DNA of 64,000 nucleotides. It comes from an uncultured Bacilli bacterium (lineage in GTDB: Bacteria > Bacillota_I > Bacilli_A > RF39 > UBA660). Each line of letters opens with the position of its first letter. Position 1 is the first letter of the stretch. The notes under the pieces are model-generated. The model ran no database searches. It was not told the origin of the DNA and was given only the letters and a program-made list of their open reading frames with translations. The position numbers and the translations under genes are program-made. This document shows positions 24,984-38,926 of this stretch, in pieces. Where the stretch lies: the NCBI GenBank assembly GCA_947629315.1, contig CANRDB010000001.1, forward strand, positions 4,829-68,828, in the 5' to 3' direction.

Positions 24984-26012
24984 TCATTTTCGCTGTTGGC
25001 TAATATCTAATACCCATAAAATATTCGATGGTAGAATACTTCCACAATACGAGCATATCTTATCAAAGAGTCCCACATTGGCGCCACAATTGTGACATTT
25101 TTTCACACTATTCATCGTAAACTTCGGATAATAATTTTGATTACGAATCAAGGTTACTGTTTCTTTTCCCTGCACTTTTTTGATGCGACCATTGCGTTCA
25201 AAATACTTTCGAATAATAAAAGTAATTCGAATGGCAGGAATATTCCCCTTCTTGATAACTTTATAAGTATCATACTCTAAAATTTCAAAATCTACTAAAT
25301 CTTGATATTGAGGAAAAATTTTCTCATCATAGTAATGCACCAACAATTGGTAATTTAAATCTTGAATAATCTTTTGATTACTCATCCGAACTTTATCAAT
25401 CATAATTCTATCATTCCTTAAGTCACGATAGGTAATCACTTTTACCAAAAGATAAGGAATCAAAAGAAAAGTATACAATAGATGAAGAGTAAATAGCATA
25501 ACAGGTAGTGTCACGAACATCAACATAACGGCAATAAACCAAGGATACTCTCCTGACTGTAAAGTTCCCATAAACGATATACCTGTCAAAATCATGCAAG
25601 TGCTTCCCAAAAAGATTTTATACTTTTTCATAGAAAAAATCTGTTTAAAGGATTGTGTCAAATTTTTTTGATGAACTCCCTGTTCTAAATAAAAAGAAGC
25701 TCCACAATAAGGGCAACCATCGTAAAACTCTTTTTCAGTAGCATGATATCCACATTCAGAACAAGTAAATTCATTATCCCCTCTAGATAATGTCATTGTA
25801 TAAGTTATGTTATCATCAAATTTCTTTTCACGATAAAGACGTTTTCCACCTTGATAATAATTTTTCTCTATCTTATTAGCTTTATAAACAGAATCGTTTC
25901 GGTTTCCATTTAAAGTACGAACAAATAACTGATCTTTATGTCGAAAAATCTCCTCTACTACAAGATTCTTTTTAGCAAGTCTTTGTAAATGCATTTGTAA
26001 AGGACTTGGCAT
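24984..26012 (-). CDS. Membrane protein with two CxxC…CxxC zinc-ribbon motifs flanking a TM region
   Basis: CSECGYH…CPYCGA near the N-terminus, TM helices in the middle, and CHNCGAN…CSYCGS at the C-terminus. Confidence 0.4.
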   Translation of the reverse strand: MPSPLQMHLQRLAKKNLVVEEIFRHKDQLFVRTLNGNRNDSVYKANKIEKNYYQGGKRLYREKKFDDNITYTMTLSRGDNEFTCSECGYHATEKEFYDGCPYCGASFYLEQGVHQKNLTQSFKQIFSMKKYKIFLGSTCMILTGISFMGTLQSGEYPWFIAVMLMFVTLPVMLFTLHLLYTFLLIPYLLVKVITYRDLRNDRIMIDKVRMSNQKIIQDLNYQLLVHYYDEKIFPQYQDLVDFEILEYDTYKVIKKGNIPAIRITFIIRKYFERNGRIKKVQGKETVTLIRNQNYYPKFTMNSVKKCHNCGANVGLFDKICSYCGSILPSNILWVLDISQQRK

Positions 26013-26084
26013 ACTATCACACTCCTACTATTCTCATTATAACAAAAAAAGTCCTCATCACAACTATTTTTTTCTATTTTGACA

Positions 26085-26159
26085 ATGAACTATGGAGCAA
26101 CTGGTCCAGTAGGTCCTACTGGAGACGTTGGCCCTACGGGTCCTACTGCACTCACTTAA
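26085..26159 (+). pseudogene. Very short collagen-like ORF/fragment ([24 protein letters not shown])
   Basis: Read in the correct frame. No RBS, and the ATG overlaps a TTGACA hexamer. Its 5' end is collinear with the start of the 29421..29834 segment. Confidence 0.35.
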
Positions 26160-26256
26160 AAGTGGCACTTTTGCCAAAAATTAGAACGAAAATAAGCACT
26201 TTACATTTCATTTGAAATATTATATAATACAAGTAACTAGAAAGAAGGGATTATAA

Positions 26257-27651
26257 ATGAAAAAAGTAGTAGGAACAGTAATGAAAGGGATGCTTGTTAC
26301 TTCAGGAGTTGTCACTGCTGTTGGTTGTACATTAGCTATCAGTAATCATTTGTTGAAATCAGATGATCTTGTTCTATCCAATCACAATGGTAGCGAAGTA
26401 AAACAAGCAAATGTTTTAGCGGTCGCTCAAAATCAAGTAAAGGAAGCGGAAGTTCAAGAGGCAAAAGCCAACCAAGAATTGACAAAAGCAACAAATGAAA
26501 AAGCAGAGGCAGAAAAAGAAGTTCAAAAAGCGAAAGAAACTGTGAAAGAGGTTCAAAAGGAAAAAAGCAAAGCCGAAGCACAATTAAAAGAAGCCAAAAC
26601 AGAAGAAGAAAGAAAACAGGTAGAAGATCAAATTAAAGTTTTAGAAGAAAAAGTGAAAGAAGCTGAAAATAATCAAAAAGCAGCAGAATCAAAAGTACAA
26701 GAAGCAGAGACTAAGGTTCAAGAGGCTGAAGTGAAAGTTCAAGAGGCTGAAGCCAAGGTTCAAGAAGCTGAGGCTAAAGTTCAAGAAGTACAAGAGACAG
26801 AAATGAAGAAACAAGAAGTAGAAAAACAAGTTCAAGAAGTTCTTCCAGCAAATCCTTCAAAAGAAGAAACTCAAACTACTGTCAAAGAAGAAAACACTAC
26901 CAAACCAGTTGAAAATAATCAACAAGTAACGACTCAAGAAACAAAGCAACCAGAGACAAAACAAACTGAAACGAAACAACCAGAGACAAAGCAAGTTGAA
27001 ACAAAACAGACTGAAACGAAAAAAGAAGAATCTTCAACAAACAATAATTCTTCTAATAATAGTTCTTCTAGATTAACGCAAGAGGCTTTAGAGGCTGCAG
27101 CGAGAGCAGAACAAAAATGGAATGAGGAATATCAAAAATTCCTTGCTGATCAAAAAGCAGAAGCAGATGCTAAAAAGCAAGCAAGAGATGAGGAAGCTAA
27201 AAAAGCAGAAGAGGCTGCTGAAAAAGAATTGGAAGAAAGAAGACAAAGAGAATCAACAGACAGTTTAAAGAACTTTGGTTCAGCGACTACTGATACCGTA
27301 TTTGGAGATAGAACTTTTACATTTGCTCAAAAGAATGTAGATTTACCATTTAATCCAGATATCAAAGAAAATCCAAAGAAAGTGACTTGTACAGGAGACC
27401 ATTGCGGAAAGAATGAACAAGGTTACATTTGGTTTGCTAGATTTAATAACAATTTAAATCTTGATATCTTTAAAGAACCTGGTAGTGATCGTTATGTAAG
27501 TAGTGTTCTTATTGGAAAACGTGGCGATGTAGAATATTGGACGCAATATGCACCAAGTGTTGTAAACGGTCATCAATTTGTAGAGTGGAAAGTAACAGAT
27601 ACTACTGAATATGGTATGAAAATTAAAGTTTATACTGCCATTTATAAGTAA
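26257..27651 (+). CDS. Secreted repeat-rich coiled-coil protein with a globular C-terminal domain
   Basis: Signal peptide, KVQEAE tandem repeats (18-bp units at 26690-26790), TKQ(P/T)E repeats (15-bp units at 26940-27010), and a Cys-containing C-terminal domain. RBS gaaagaaggga. Confidence 0.6.
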   Translation: MKKVVGTVMKGMLVTSGVVTAVGCTLAISNHLLKSDDLVLSNHNGSEVKQANVLAVAQNQVKEAEVQEAKANQELTKATNEKAEAEKEVQKAKETVKEVQKEKSKAEAQLKEAKTEEERKQVEDQIKVLEEKVKEAENNQKAAESKVQEAETKVQEAEVKVQEAEAKVQEAEAKVQEVQETEMKKQEVEKQVQEVLPANPSKEETQTTVKEENTTKPVENNQQVTTQETKQPETKQTETKQPETKQVETKQTETKKEESSTNNNSSNNSSSRLTQEALEAAARAEQKWNEEYQKFLADQKAEADAKKQARDEEAKKAEEAAEKELEERRQRESTDSLKNFGSATTDTVFGDRTFTFAQKNVDLPFNPDIKENPKKVTCTGDHCGKNEQGYIWFARFNNNLNLDIFKEPGSDRYVSSVLIGKRGDVEYWTQYAPSVVNGHQFVEWKVTDTTEYGMKIKVYTAIYK

Positions 27652-27830
27652 TGAAAGAGCGAAACAATTCGCTCTTTTCTTTTGACCTATGATTAAAACT
27701 ATCCTTTTAGAATAATATACATTGAGGAGGTTTGATGATGAAAGTAATCAGTCATTTTAAAGATAATGGTGAAAATTTAACAAAAGTTATAGAAGAATTG
27801 TTAAAAAATATCATTCAAAAATAAAGGCAA

Positions 27831-30925
<3,095 letters not shown>

Positions 30926-30960
30926 ATTTCTCTTTTCTACTTTTTTCTTTTTTCATATCG

Positions 30961-31899
30961 TTATTGTATTAATGATGGAATACCTTGAACATCTACTTCC
31001 ATGCTATATCCATCGTCACCAATCGTAGCATCTGTAATAATCTTATCGATTATATCTACATAACTAGTTCCATAAGTATTATTAGCCGTCCGAATAACCA
31101 CACGAGCAGCTGTTACAGTATCTTTTTCTCTATAGGCATCTACTAAATTCATACCTTGCATATTATAACTAAACATCAAATACTGATTACCATTGACTGC
31201 TTGACGAGTAAGGGTTACATTTGTTGCCCCTGAACCTTCTATTTGTGCACGAAGTTCTTCATCACTATGACTACTAAGACTACTAAAACTTCCAGGAATC
31301 ATTTCAACTTGAGCAACCCATGTAGGATTATTCTCATCATCGGTAATTAATAGCCATTCTCCATCAACGGCTGTTGAATAATCTACTGGTACTTTATAAC
31401 TTACATTTCCTACTTTTACATTAAAGGTATTAGCAACTGGTGTAACAGATCCTCCACTAGAATTACTTCCCGTATTACTGTCGGAATTACTTCCTGAATT
31501 ACTAGTACTAACATCACACTTATCACCTTTACAACCGCCACCATTATTATCCTCTTTCTTATTAGAAACTAATAGAACTACTACAACGGCTACTGCAATC
31601 ACTACTACTGCTATCACGATAGCAATAATCATCTTATTATTTCCACCAGCCTTTGGTGGTACACTATTCATTGGTTGTTGCATCACTGGAGGAACTGGTG
31701 ATTGTGGTGCCCCAGGAACAGCTGGCATAACAGGTGTTACAGGGGATGCAGGTGCCCCTGGAGCGGCTTGTTCGATTGGTGCAACAGGTGTTGCAGGTGC
31801 TACTGGAGTTACAGGAGCAACAGGCGTTGCAGGTGCAGTTGGTGCTACTGGTGAAACAGGCTGAACTGCTGGTATTGAATTTGCATTATTTTCATTCAT
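30961..31899 (-). CDS. Type-II membrane protein: proline-rich cytoplasmic N-terminus (PVAPxTPVAP repeats), single TM, extracellular domain
   Basis: [43 protein letters not shown]…[23 protein letters not shown]. Its N-terminal module is paralogous to that of 36709..38907. Confidence 0.5.
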   Translation of the reverse strand: MNENNANSIPAVQPVSPVAPTAPATPVAPVTPVAPATPVAPIEQAAPGAPASPVTPVMPAVPGAPQSPVPPVMQQPMNSVPPKAGGNNKMIIAIVIAVVVIAVAVVVVLLVSNKKEDNNGGGCKGDKCDVSTSNSGSNSDSNTGSNSSGGSVTPVANTFNVKVGNVSYKVPVDYSTAVDGEWLLITDDENNPTWVAQVEMIPGSFSSLSSHSDEELRAQIEGSGATNVTLTRQAVNGNQYLMFSYNMQGMNLVDAYREKDTVTAARVVIRTANNTYGTSYVDIIDKIITDATIGDDGYSMEVDVQGIPSLIQ

Positions 31900-32152
31900 T
31901 TTTATTTCCTCTTTCCTTCTTCTTTATACTCAACACATTCATTGAGTCTATAAATGTTTCTTCAAACGATGAATTTTTGAGTAAAACAATGTTGTTTTCT
32001 GACTGCCGCTTTCCTTCTTAGTTCCTCCTTACTAACTCGTATTCCATTCCAAACTACTAAGAAAGTTACAGCAATCTATCTTCTACCTACTCTATAATGA
32101 TAATACCCCTTTTTAAAGGAATAGTCAAGTATAAAGTTACTTCTTTTATAGG

Positions 32153-33802
32153 TTATTCATATGGATAAGTAGACGAACTCACATTTGCCACTTCTTGAAT
32201 CATATCATCTGTAATCGAAGAATCTGTAGCTTCTAAAGAAATTTTCATAAGAGTAAATTCTGAAAATGTATAAAGCATCACTTTTTCAATGACACGATTC
32301 TTACCATCGTGATAAAATCCCTTATAAATATAATACTCACGACCATTCATTTTCTTTTTTTTAGAAAAAGTAAGCAATTGATAGGTGCCGTATCTAGAAT
32401 TATAATCTTTTATCGTTTTATTTAAAATATCGATGTGAGAAGTAATGATTTGTTCCGCATCAGTATAAACATTATCCAACTGGTAATCTAACATATATTT
32501 ATAGTAAGAACTTAAGAATTCGTAAGTATAATCCATATAGTAAGATCTACTACCAAATATATCAGTAGAATATAAATAATTCGTAATCTCTAGCCAATGA
32601 TTTGGTAATTGGATAGTCCATTGTTCTGCAAGATGTTCGGACTGATTGACAATCCTTTTTAGATTAGAGTATAGATTATCTCCCCTCATCTCTGTATTCG
32701 TATAAAAACCTACTTCTTTAGCAGAAGTTACACGGATATGATTGACCAATTCAGCAGGTACACTATCGCTATCAATGGTGATTCTCAAAGTACAGTTTTT
32801 CGCAATCTCAAAAAGCATTGTAACTTCTTCTGTTTCAAAAGGATTTATATAGGATTCACTACTTGAGAAAGTATAGGTTTCTCGAAAAATATAAAGTGGA
32901 TAGGCGCTGTCTTCTACTTTTTCAAGAGTAGTTTGATAGTTTTGATACATTTGAGAGTTCTGTCTTTTAAACTGGGAATCTGCATACATATCATCCAAAA
33001 CAGTATAGATTGGATATAAACTGGTCATAAAACTAACTTCAAAATTTAATACTGTATCCTCATGTTCATACCGATATCGATAATGAGAGACATTTGACTC
33101 AAAACGAGTTAATTCTAAAACATCCGGTATTTCGTATTCAATTCTATAGTTTACACTAGCGAGTTCCCCTTTTTTGGTTTTGAGAAATTGGTTATTTAAA
33201 TCTTTATCTTGATTCCAGCCAATACTAGAAAGTTCCATTGGGTACTGATAATTTTGCTGCTCCTGTTGAGGATGAACTAGTGAGAAATCTTCTAACATGT
33301 ATTCAAAACTATCCAATAAAATATCAAACTGTTGATGAGGTGCCTGATAACTCCACATCACGATTCCCTCATCTATTTTGGTAAAAATAAATAAAATCTG
33401 ATTCTCTGCCGATTCATAGAGAACCTGATATCCTGGATATTGGCGTTTAGAAATTGTAATATCTTCTTCAGCAATTAATTCATAACCTTCATTTTGTTTA
33501 CTAAATTCATATAGTAATGTTCCTTTTAAATTTTCCAATGTTGTATAATCCGTTTCTTCTAGAGGAAGATACTGTAAAGAAACAGAACTCTCATCATGAC
33601 TTAAAACCGTCTGATATTCCTGTTCTTCTTGTACTTTCCATGTAGTATCATAATGGAATGTATAATAGTCATTCTCATATACTCTCGTTTGAATACGACT
33701 TGGATTCCATACTATATAGGCAATTACACAAGAGATTCCTAATGTCATCGTTACAAAGAAAGCAATCACTACTAATTGATATTTCTTCCACCAGTTTTTC
33801 AT
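32153..33802 (-). CDS. Signal-anchored hypothetical protein, last gene of the peptidase operon
   Basis: N-terminal TM (KYQLVVIAFFVTMTLGISCVIAYIVW). The start overlaps the stop of the upstream gene by 4 bp. Confidence 0.4.
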   Translation of the reverse strand: MKNWWKKYQLVVIAFFVTMTLGISCVIAYIVWNPSRIQTRVYENDYYTFHYDTTWKVQEEQEYQTVLSHDESSVSLQYLPLEETDYTTLENLKGTLLYEFSKQNEGYELIAEEDITISKRQYPGYQVLYESAENQILFIFTKIDEGIVMWSYQAPHQQFDILLDSFEYMLEDFSLVHPQQEQQNYQYPMELSSIGWNQDKDLNNQFLKTKKGELASVNYRIEYEIPDVLELTRFESNVSHYRYRYEHEDTVLNFEVSFMTSLYPIYTVLDDMYADSQFKRQNSQMYQNYQTTLEKVEDSAYPLYIFRETYTFSSSESYINPFETEEVTMLFEIAKNCTLRITIDSDSVPAELVNHIRVTSAKEVGFYTNTEMRGDNLYSNLKRIVNQSEHLAEQWTIQLPNHWLEITNYLYSTDIFGSRSYYMDYTYEFLSSYYKYMLDYQLDNVYTDAEQIITSHIDILNKTIKDYNSRYGTYQLLTFSKKKKMNGREYYIYKGFYHDGKNRVIEKVMLYTFSEFTLMKISLEATDSSITDDMIQEVANVSSSTYPYE

Positions 33803-35496
33803 AATTTCACCATCACAATCAATAAGTATTGAAACTGCGACATGACTATGACTTTATATTTTTTATTTTCATACACATATCGATTATCTTCATTGGATAC
33901 TTCTTGATATCCATCCTCTAATAATTTTGCTTGAAAGGCCGATGCATATTGCATATTACTGACGTATTCTGGAGTTTCGTTTTTATAACGTAGACTGACA
34001 ACCCCGTCTTGATAACTTCCCTTGATTAGTTTTAATGGAATAGTCTTTTCAATATCACCAATGGCAGCATACTTCTTCCAAATTTTATCAGGAATCGTGT
34101 TCACTTCTTGTTCTTGAGTATCTTTTGTATACCGATAATATCGTTCTTTCAAATCATCAAAAGGAACAGACACAATGGTATCAAAATCTTTTTGCTTGAT
34201 GTTATCATATGCTTCTTCTATCAATTCTACAGGGAGAGAAAAAGAAACATTACTATCAATAGACACAGGAACATTCATTCCCACAACCGCACCATCTAAA
34301 TTGAATAATGGACTTCCCGCATCAGATGCTCTCATCGGAATGATAGTTCGTACATATCCTCTCATACGAAGGGCTATTCCAGACTGCAAACTAAATCCCA
34401 CACCAGTCTTGCTATTTACCGTAAAGATTGGATCTTCTAATTGGGCATTCGTAGGACTAATCGTGACTGGATTTCCTTTTTCCTCTTTTAATTTCAAAAG
34501 AGCGATATCCGTATTGGGATTGATGGTGATAATTCCATCCAAATCATAATAATTTCCTTGATAATCTCGGATAGCAATATACTGTGCATTCTCTAAGGAA
34601 CTTTTAATAAAACTCCAAGTTGTTATCAAAATTCCCTCTTTTAAAAAGAAACCATGAGCAGTTGTAATCAATTCATTGTTATAATAAGAATTCAGTAAAA
34701 CAACACTATCAATGGTACGAGTTAACAATTTTTGAAAAGTATTTTTAGAAACATGGTCTAATTGATCATAGTTGTAAATGGAAGAAAAGTTATCACTTCC
34801 CCGAAAAGAATCAATAATATTGGTAGTATTTTTACTTTCTAAAGTCTCTATATTTTGATAGTAGACATTGATACTAGATTCATCAAAAGCTTCCTCAAAT
34901 ATATAGAACAGTTTATACTCACCATCTATTTTTTGCCATTCATAGTAAAGAGTTATATCGACATTCATTTCCTCTTTGTATAAAGGATTATTCTCATCGA
35001 TATTCATCATGGAAACATTAGGCACAAGAATAGTAGATATAAAACTTTTATCATCCACTGCTGTCACATAAATCTCTCCCAAGATAGAGTAACGACAATC
35101 TCGCAAATTGATAGCTTGAAAGGTTTGACTTAAATTCGTATAAGTATAAGAATTGAGAAACTCATCATCATCAGATTGAACAGGTGTGGAATAACGAAAA
35201 TCCATAAAAGTATTATAACGTTGATAATACTCTAACGTCGTTTCCTCTTCTCCGTTCGCTAAAAACAATAATTCCGTAACCTGTTTACTTTTCTCTTTGA
35301 TTTCTTGTTCCACATCATTACTCTCTACCTGTATCTCTTTCGTTAATGTGTATTGGGAATCAAATTCTTTCATGAGGTCTTGCAATTGCTTAGTATTCGT
35401 TAAAATGGCTTTAGAGGAGTCAAAATGCAAAGTCATAGCATACAAAGTAGTTATACTCATGAGACAGAGCATTAGAAATATACTAACTTTCTTCAT
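33799..35496 (-). CDS. Secreted protein with a C-terminal trypsin-like (S1) domain, possibly catalytically inactive
   Basis: Signal peptide. His motif TTAHGFF and Asp motif DIALLKL are present. The GDSGGP position reads SDAGSP, so the serine appears replaced by alanine. Confidence 0.45.
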   Translation of the reverse strand: MKKVSIFLMLCLMSITTLYAMTLHFDSSKAILTNTKQLQDLMKEFDSQYTLTKEIQVESNDVEQEIKEKSKQVTELLFLANGEEETTLEYYQRYNTFMDFRYSTPVQSDDDEFLNSYTYTNLSQTFQAINLRDCRYSILGEIYVTAVDDKSFISTILVPNVSMMNIDENNPLYKEEMNVDITLYYEWQKIDGEYKLFYIFEEAFDESSINVYYQNIETLESKNTTNIIDSFRGSDNFSSIYNYDQLDHVSKNTFQKLLTRTIDSVVLLNSYYNNELITTAHGFFLKEGILITTWSFIKSSLENAQYIAIRDYQGNYYDLDGIITINPNTDIALLKLKEEKGNPVTISPTNAQLEDPIFTVNSKTGVGFSLQSGIALRMRGYVRTIIPMRASDAGSPLFNLDGAVVGMNVPVSIDSNVSFSLPVELIEEAYDNIKQKDFDTIVSVPFDDLKERYYRYTKDTQEQEVNTIPDKIWKKYAAIGDIEKTIPLKLIKGSYQDGVVSLRYKNETPEYVSNMQYASAFQAKLLEDGYQEVSNEDNRYVYENKKYKVIVMSQFQYLLIVMVKL

Positions 35497-36680
35497 GACA
35501 ATCTCTCCTTTAATACCGCCACGATATATTTACTCGCATCCTTAGCTTTATTTCCATTTAAATACGTATCGTGAAAAGCTTCAGCTATCGTCTCATCATA
35601 GATATATCGACCACTATTATCACGTGCTACCGCATAAGAAGATATGGTAGCTCTCCATTCATCTATGGATAACTTACTTTGAAAATCTTTTTGATAATTT
35701 TGATAGGCTTCTTCTACAATTCCCTGAGCATACTCACCAGACTTTGACTCCACTCCAATTTGTGATAACACACTATAGTTTTCAGAATCAATTAATAAAA
35801 TAGAAGTAATTCCATGGCTTTTTAAAAGAGCGATGAAAGACAAATAATGTCCCATCTCATGGGCAACTGGCGAATAAATCGTCGCATTGGGTGGAAAATG
35901 TCCAGCGTGAGAAGCATCTTCGGTTGCTACCTTTAATCTCGTAGGATTTAAAAAGTAAGAAGAACTTAAAAACATTTGGGTCTTAATTACCAATTGGTAT
36001 TGGGAAGATGAAATATTCGCAAAAGCAAAAATCGGTAAAAAAGAAGCAATGACACCACTACGAGACATACTCTCATTTTTAAGAGTTAAATTCGTTAGAT
36101 ATCCCCTTGTCGTAGGAAATTCTTCATATATCTTCTCAAATACTTTTCCCAGTTCTTCAGCAAACTCCACATCCATTTCACATAAATTAATAGCAGTAAT
36201 TCCATATTTCACCGTAAAAGTCTTCTCTAACTCTTGTATTTTTAAAGGACACTTCCTCTTTTGTAGTTTAGAATCCTCTTCAATCAATTGATAAGCTAAT
36301 TCTTTCGTATCTAGATGATCACATTTATAAGTATTATCAGAAACAACAGAAGAAACAGTTCCTCCTGGTTGCATAACCGTTCCCTCTTGTAATTCACAAA
36401 GATTATTGGTAAGTTGCATCGTAGCTACTTTCTCCTCTAAGTGATTCTTGCGAAAATAATAGGATGGCTCTTGATGGAACAAAAGATATCCTAACAACAA
36501 TAAACCACATAGACAAATACTCATCCCGGACCCAGCAAGAATCATTAGAACGTGATTTCTATTTTTCGTCTTTTTACTACTATAACCACAATTTGGACAG
36601 TACCGAAACCGAGTTTCTAATTCGTGATGGCAGTGGAAACACTTCATATCATAGCCTCCTATTCTCTTCCATTTTATCAC
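35493..36680 (-). CDS. Membrane-anchored zinc metallopeptidase (HEXXH) with an N-terminal cytoplasmic zinc ribbon
   Basis: CFHCHHELETRFRYCPNCGY zinc ribbon, a TM segment, and VAHEMGHYLS. Confidence 0.5.
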   Translation of the reverse strand: MIKWKRIGGYDMKCFHCHHELETRFRYCPNCGYSSKKTKNRNHVLMILAGSGMSICLCGLLLLGYLLFHQEPSYYFRKNHLEEKVATMQLTNNLCELQEGTVMQPGGTVSSVVSDNTYKCDHLDTKELAYQLIEEDSKLQKRKCPLKIQELEKTFTVKYGITAINLCEMDVEFAEELGKVFEKIYEEFPTTRGYLTNLTLKNESMSRSGVIASFLPIFAFANISSSQYQLVIKTQMFLSSSYFLNPTRLKVATEDASHAGHFPPNATIYSPVAHEMGHYLSFIALLKSHGITSILLIDSENYSVLSQIGVESKSGEYAQGIVEEAYQNYQKDFQSKLSIDEWRATISSYAVARDNSGRYIYDETIAEAFHDTYLNGNKAKDASKYIVAVLKERLS

Positions 36681-36708
36681 AATTTTGACAAGAAAAAAAT
36701 AGGTTTCC

Positions 36709-38907
36709 CTATTTTATTTCAACCGGTTTTGTGTAAGTGATTTCATTAGAGATATCCCTTACTTCAAAAGCAAAATAGTATCCTTTTCCTTTTGGAACAT
36801 TTTGAAGTACTAATTGATAATCACTTGGTGTTGTTTGATAAGATTGAGCAGTAGCCGTACTTTCCCAATCTTTCGCAAAATATCCACTATTATCTAATAA
36901 CCGATACTTATTAGTTTCAAAGGTTAGTTCAGAATAATCCTCTAACTTCAAAATAGTCATTGATGGTAATAATTCTCTATCATCATCTGACTTTCCTACC
37001 ACATTGACAATAGAACCTTTGTTACTACTCGTTTCAATGGTAGCAACTGCTGAATGATTAATAGAATCTTTGACTACGATATTTGCATTATAAACATTCT
37101 TACTTTTCTGTTCCACAAAAATTGGTCTTTTCGTCTTATTCTTTGAATTAGAATACATCATAATCTTACCATCAAAATTAGCTTTCAATTTTCCATTGTT
37201 ATCTAATGTTGTATCATCACTTTGATAGATGAGAGAATAATCATTTCCATTCTTTTGAAAAATCATATAGGAAGCATTCGCAAAACTTTCTTTTTGAGAA
37301 GCACTAAGTTTCATAGAATAATCATTATTCGCTACACTAACAGTATTCTTTGATAAATCCATATTATAAGTAGAATTGGTCTTTCGATATAAATCAAATT
37401 GCTTTAAGAACGCGGTAAAGGTACTATCTTTTCTACTAGGAAGGTTAGAGAGTGCCTCTAAATTTCTATCAATAACTTCCCCACCATTATATGGGAAGAA
37501 AATAGATAATCCTTTTGAATCCTCCTCTAAGGCATAATTATATTTTACTGCCTCTTTAATAGCTGTAAGTACTTTATCGGCTTCAGTAGGCGCTAAAGCT
37601 TGTAACTGAAAGACAAGTGTATATAAATCAACACTATCGAAAGCAGGTTCAGTTGCTCCATACTGGAAGATATTCGCTCTCGTACGAGCAATGGTATAGT
37701 AATCTCGATTGACACTTAATTTATCGGCAAAAGCATCTAATGTCGTTTCAACTTCTTTAATTTTTGATAAATCCAAAATAGAATAAGTCGTTGGAGCATT
37801 CTGATAACGAGCATACATATCAATAGGAGTCGTATTGAGGTGATCAATGAATTTCTTTCCAAATTCATATCCCCTATCAGAAATCTCAATCTCCTCTAAA
37901 AACTTAAACTTATCAATAGTTGCTGCTGCCAAAGATACCTCTTCAGAGGCTACCATATAATTAGCATAATCATCCATGACACTAGCAACTTCTAGTCCTC
38001 CTAATAAACAATTAATAAATAAAACGGAATCTAATTTTTCTTTACTAAATGGACTACCTTTTAAAGCCTCTTCCAATTCTGCTAACGAAATATTGTCGCC
38101 ATAGATTTTATCAGACTCCAACCCTTGAATTCCAGAACCATGATCCCAGAAAATCAAATCATAGTACTCTGCTGGATATTCGGTATAAGTTTGTGTTAAA
38201 AAGGTTTGAAGAGTTTGAGCAGCCCCCATATTTTTGACTTCTTGTTGTTTTACTTTTTGAAAACCACTTGGTGTCAATCGATAAACAGAACTTTCGTCCG
38301 CTGCGATGTAATCATTTTTCCATGTTTTAGATCCACCTGCCATTAAAATAATGTTATTATTCTCTAAATCAATATTTTCTGGTTTAATATAACCCAACTC
38401 ATTACTAGCATATCCACCAGAATGTTCAAGATCAGATCCTACCATATAAATTAAAATCGTACGATTTACTTTCTCTGCTTGTGGTTCAACAGTAGGCTCC
38501 TCTTTATCTTTTTCAGGAGATTGATTCATCCATAGAGCAACTACTACCATAGCAATGGCTGCTACGACTGCCACAACAATAATCACTAACCATAACTTGT
38601 TATTTTTCTTTGGTGGCACTGTATTCTGCGTTGGTATGGCCCCCATATTCGCTACTGGTGGTGTCGGTATCACTGGGGATGGTGTTTGCGGTTGAGCGGG
38701 CGCCACTGAAGGAACTGGGGATGGTGCTACTCCAGGGGCAGTTGGCATAACAGGTGTTCCCGTTGCAACTGGTGCTACTGGAGAAACTGGTTCAATTGGT
38801 GCAACAGGCACAGGTGCCACTGGAGTTGGCGTTTGTGGTTGCGTGGGTGCCATTGGTACTACTGGTGGAGTAGTACTTTCCATATTGGAATTATTATTTT
38901 CATTCAT
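36709..38907 (-). CDS. Clostripain-like (C11) cysteine peptidase, type-II membrane protein with a proline-rich N-terminus
   Basis: Pro-rich N-terminus, a TM segment, then ILIYMVGSDLE…LIFWDHGSG (catalytic His) …VLFINCLLGG (catalytic Cys). Confidence 0.6.
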   Translation of the reverse strand: MNENNNSNMESTTPPVVPMAPTQPQTPTPVAPVPVAPIEPVSPVAPVATGTPVMPTAPGVAPSPVPSVAPAQPQTPSPVIPTPPVANMGAIPTQNTVPPKKNNKLWLVIIVVAVVAAIAMVVVALWMNQSPEKDKEEPTVEPQAEKVNRTILIYMVGSDLEHSGGYASNELGYIKPENIDLENNNIILMAGGSKTWKNDYIAADESSVYRLTPSGFQKVKQQEVKNMGAAQTLQTFLTQTYTEYPAEYYDLIFWDHGSGIQGLESDKIYGDNISLAELEEALKGSPFSKEKLDSVLFINCLLGGLEVASVMDDYANYMVASEEVSLAAATIDKFKFLEEIEISDRGYEFGKKFIDHLNTTPIDMYARYQNAPTTYSILDLSKIKEVETTLDAFADKLSVNRDYYTIARTRANIFQYGATEPAFDSVDLYTLVFQLQALAPTEADKVLTAIKEAVKYNYALEEDSKGLSIFFPYNGGEVIDRNLEALSNLPSRKDSTFTAFLKQFDLYRKTNSTYNMDLSKNTVSVANNDYSMKLSASQKESFANASYMIFQKNGNDYSLIYQSDDTTLDNNGKLKANFDGKIMMYSNSKNKTKRPIFVEQKSKNVYNANIVVKDSINHSAVATIETSSNKGSIVNVVGKSDDDRELLPSMTILKLEDYSELTFETNKYRLLDNSGYFAKDWESTATAQSYQTTPSDYQLVLQNVPKGKGYYFAFEVRDISNEITYTKPVEIK

Positions 38908-38926
38908 TTTTTTTACTCCTTACTTT

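Noticed and set aside
26006-26215. ORF 26006..26215 (+)
   Set aside because: Wrong frame across the 24-aa collagen stub. It starts inside the end of the upstream minus-strand gene.
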